From the human T2T-CHM13v2.0 reference genome, Homo sapiens: a DNA stretch of 64,000 nucleotides. The DNA is taken from the NCBI RefSeq assembly GCF_009914755.1, contig NC_060931.1. The stretch is one strand, 5' to 3'. The notes under the pieces were generated by a model. That model ran no database searches. It had not been told where the DNA came from and saw only the letters and a program-made list of their open reading frames with translations. Positions 60,401 through 64,000 of the stretch are shown piece after piece. Made by a program: the position numbers and the translations under genes. The number at the start of each line of letters is the position of its first letter. Position 1 is the first letter of the stretch.

Positions 60401-63400
60401 AATTCCATCTCTATTTCAGGGAGTTAAGAGTGGAATCAAACTGTTGTTTCTACACGTTGTGATTCTTAACTTTCAACAGTCCCTTAAAGCCTTTCTCCAA
60501 ATACTATAATCATTTAAATTACCTTGGTTAGAAGTGGCAGAGGAGGTGGGTGGGGGTGGATGGAGTGATGAAGGGAGGTTGGCAGGCAGAGAAGTTGTGG
60601 AAGGAGCAACTAATATACCTCAGGAATTCACCCAACTTGGAAGTATATATATGATTTTTCCATAGTTTGCGTTTTAAGACATGGAATTTTCAGTTCAGTT
60701 ATTCTTGTCTACTGACAAGCTTATTAAAATAATTATTTAGTATGTATTTCAGGACAGTGAAGCCATAATGAACAAGAACATTTTCTTCAGCTTTCAAGTT
60801 GAAGTCCTACTTTTATGTGTCGGAGATTCCATAACAATTTCTAAAATCAATTATTTTAAATAATACATCCCAACTGTATTTGTGTAAATTATTGCTGCAC
60901 ATTCTGCTGTAGGAAAGCTGGACTCTACATCTGCATTGTATTATTTATGCACTTAGATGTAATACGGTGTAACAATTCATATCTATTGTAGATTTAGTAA
61001 GACATGAAGGCAGAAGTGGATTTAATCAGACATGTAATTATTTTTATGCCTTCAACTCAAAAATATGCGTAAATGAATTTATGGTTATTTGGCAATCAGT
61101 GGAAATGGTCTTTATAAATGTTGAAACAGCTGCTGGCAAATATATTTGCAAAAGAAGGAAAACGGCGCTTATCTTCTAGTCGGGTAAATGATAAAGGAAT
61201 GACTGTTAGCCGTAATGCAGTATCCTAGCTGTTAAATATTTGCTTCATCATCCTTAACATTACACAAACATACATTCAACATAAGAAAAACTTGCAGTTC
61301 TTTCCTTCTGTGATAATGGAGCACATTTTCTCATAAGAGGATTTTTAGAACACCTCTGTGTCTGAGAATGCTCTTTTCTTCTGAGTCTGAGCAGTTGCTG
61401 TCATGCTGTTTCACTTGTACATTCCCATTTATTCTATTATTTGTGGTATCATTCCAGTTCTTGAGATAGAACACTCTCATTTAAAATAATGGGCCATGAT
61501 AATGCACACACTTCTGTCAAATATGTTGATTCTGGTGTCTATTAGGATTTCTCACTGTTGCTTTTACAACGGCTTTAAGACATTCGGAAAACTTTCCTTC
61601 CACAGAGCGTAAATGCAGTCCTCGTACTACCTGGTTATGATTACTTCGTTGTGTTGAAGCATCTAATAAATTACATATCGGTAAATGTAGATCTTGGACA
61701 AATACCCCAAGAAAATCTAATTCTCTTGAAGTGCATCTTTTTTCATTCTTTCAAGTTTTCAGTTTAAATTTAGTGCCTTTGACTGGTGAAAAATTAATAG
61801 CACTGGTACCTGAAATCTTCTCTATAACCTGTGGTGGAGGAAAAGCTTCCTAGAACCTTTCTAACGTGTCAATTACAACCCAGATAGATTACTATATGAG
61901 GAATTATTTCATTTTTCTTGGATCAAATATAAAACAGCTATAATATTTTTAAGTTGTACTGAAGGAAGCATGGTAAAGACACTCCTGCACTCAGGGCTAG
62001 GGCAGGCAACATAAACAAAGCTGTCACTCTCTCTACAAGGTGAGCTTGTATTTGAGCATGCATTCGGATTGTATGCATATGGTGATTTCCAACACTAACC
62101 GTTTGGGTGATACTCAAATTATAACACACCACTGACTTAAAAGTCACTTGCATCCGACTTTTGTAAATCATGGGGTTCTCTTTCATTCAGGTATGTTGTC
62201 TCAGTGATCAGTAGCATTTCCAATAAATTATACACTGACCAGTTGGCAGAGCTTCTGCCCGTTATTGGAGCAAAGCCTGCAAACCTCCTCTGTCAGATGC
62301 TGCATTCCCAGCCCTCAGCCCCCTAACGTAGCAGAGTTCCTTGGCAAACGACAGAGTGCCCTCTGTTGATGGAAAAAGTAATGCGCAGCGGAGGATACAG
62401 AGAGAAGCTTTCCTACTAGAAGTCGCAGAGCTGCCCGTTAGCCGATACACATTTGTGATGTAAAAATCACATTTTAAATTATAAAAATATTGATTTAATG
62501 AATATTGAGAGAGTACAGATGATTGCAAATTCAGACACAATTGTTGGAATTATGTATTTAGATAGATACACACATAAACACGCTAGTTATTCAGTTTCTA
62601 CATACCTGGAAATGCTACGTAAGACGACTCCTTTTTTACTCTGTGCAGTATAGATTCAACCTACACAAGCAAATATTTCGTTTCAAATTTTTCTGCAACC
62701 GAATAGAACATTTAGCATGAACAATGATGCTACATGCTCAGGCTCTATACACTTAACTAATGTTAAAAATGAAAAACTGTAAGAATTCCGCTGAACAGAG
62801 ATTTCTAATTCCTTCAGGTTTAAGGAGGGAAATCAACAGAAAGCAAAACCGCTGAGAAAAGCCTTTAGCTTCAGCGTTGTCTCTGCGGGGTGAGGAAAAA
62901 TTGATAGCCTGGTTTGCTATCACTGCTTTCAAACTAAGTTCCAGTGAGCCTTCATAAAACAGTAAATTGTATCACAATTTTAAAGCAGTAATTCACTAAG
63001 CACTCACTTCTTCACTTCCATGTTTCTATTTGCTTTCTTTTGAAATGGAAAAAATCAAATCTCACAGAAGTGATATCTTTACATTTTAAGGCCATTTCAT
63101 ATGTTAATTAGTTTAAAAGCAACATGAAAAAATGTTAGCTTGCACAAATACTTGCAGTTAACATTTTTTAAAGTGTGACTTTCTTGACTATTTTGGAGAA
63201 ATAAACTCTGGTTGCTGTTGCAAGTTGAAAATGTTTCTGCCTGAGAGGTTGCATTTTGGGATCTGCACGGATTTAAATACTCCTCTACCTGCTTCTTCAC
63301 TTAAATTTGAGTATTTGCAGCCACAGAATTAACCTATTGTAATGACTTGATTGCAATCTTCAATTTTATTGTTATGAAGGAAGAGTTTTCTTTCAAGGTT

Positions 63401-64000
63401 TATTTGCAAGTGTTAAATGGAATTAAGACAAAAAAAATCTTTATGCCATTTCCAAGAAACTGTTACCTAGAAGAAAAGGAAAGAGGATGTTAAATGGAGT
63501 TTTCAGATTTGTTGCTGGTACTGATGAAATTAACCAGATAAATTGTTTGGTACTCATTTTCATTTTCCTTACAGAGGCTCTGAGATTTTTTTTTAAGTAG
63601 TTTGCCAATTCTTGACTTCTTCATACCCAATCTTTATTTATATGAAATCACTTTTTTAAGTGTGAATTCACATACTATTCACAAGGTTTGTTGGCATAAG
63701 AATGAGATATGTGCTAAGGAAATCATTTAAAATGTGAGCTGGAATTCTCGATTAGTGGTAACAGTCTGACAAAATGGAGCCAGTGATGGCTCGAGTTTGT
63801 TAATATACACAGTCCAAATAGCAACATGAAAACTAAGAACTTCAGTTCGTTGGTGTGCTTGAGATTTCAGCTCACTGAAACCTCTGCGTTAGAGAGGAAT
63901 TGCAAACAGAAGAGAATGAGATCCTGTTGTATGACAGGAATGATACTGCACTGGGGATTTTTAGGATTCCGAAGTATTTTACCAATACTCCCTAAATATG

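Overview
Primate (human-like) genomic DNA: AT-rich, repeat-dense, intergenic or intronic. No intact protein-coding gene could be supported. The main features are: a full-length processed ASS1 (argininosuccinate synthase) pseudogene on the minus strand (28072-29625) with a 15-bp target-site duplication (TSD); a full-length 7SL (RN7SL) retropseudogene whose tail has become a (TTTCC)/(TTTCCC) array; a ~4-kb 5'-truncated L1PA inside a deeply nested TE stack (MLT1 > Alu and L1MA > L1PA and MER2 > AluJ); about 20 Alu/FLAM copies; and MER6, MLT/MST LTRs, old L1/L2/MIR and several STRs. The most unusual structure is at 54545-55038, where a 5'-truncated Alu is fused to an SVA2-type VNTR plus 3' tail and both sit inside a single 17-bp TSD pair, consistent with one composite Alu-SVA2 retrotransposition event. 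Repeat-poor stretches (8.7-9.2 kb, 57.5-64 kb) look like candidate regulatory DNA, and a few plus-strand splice-site-bounded segments could be lncRNA exons. Nearly all short ORFs in the supplied track are repeat-derived noise. Family and subfamily calls come from remembered consensus sequences, not a database search. I found no evidence for a genuinely new multi-gene system.
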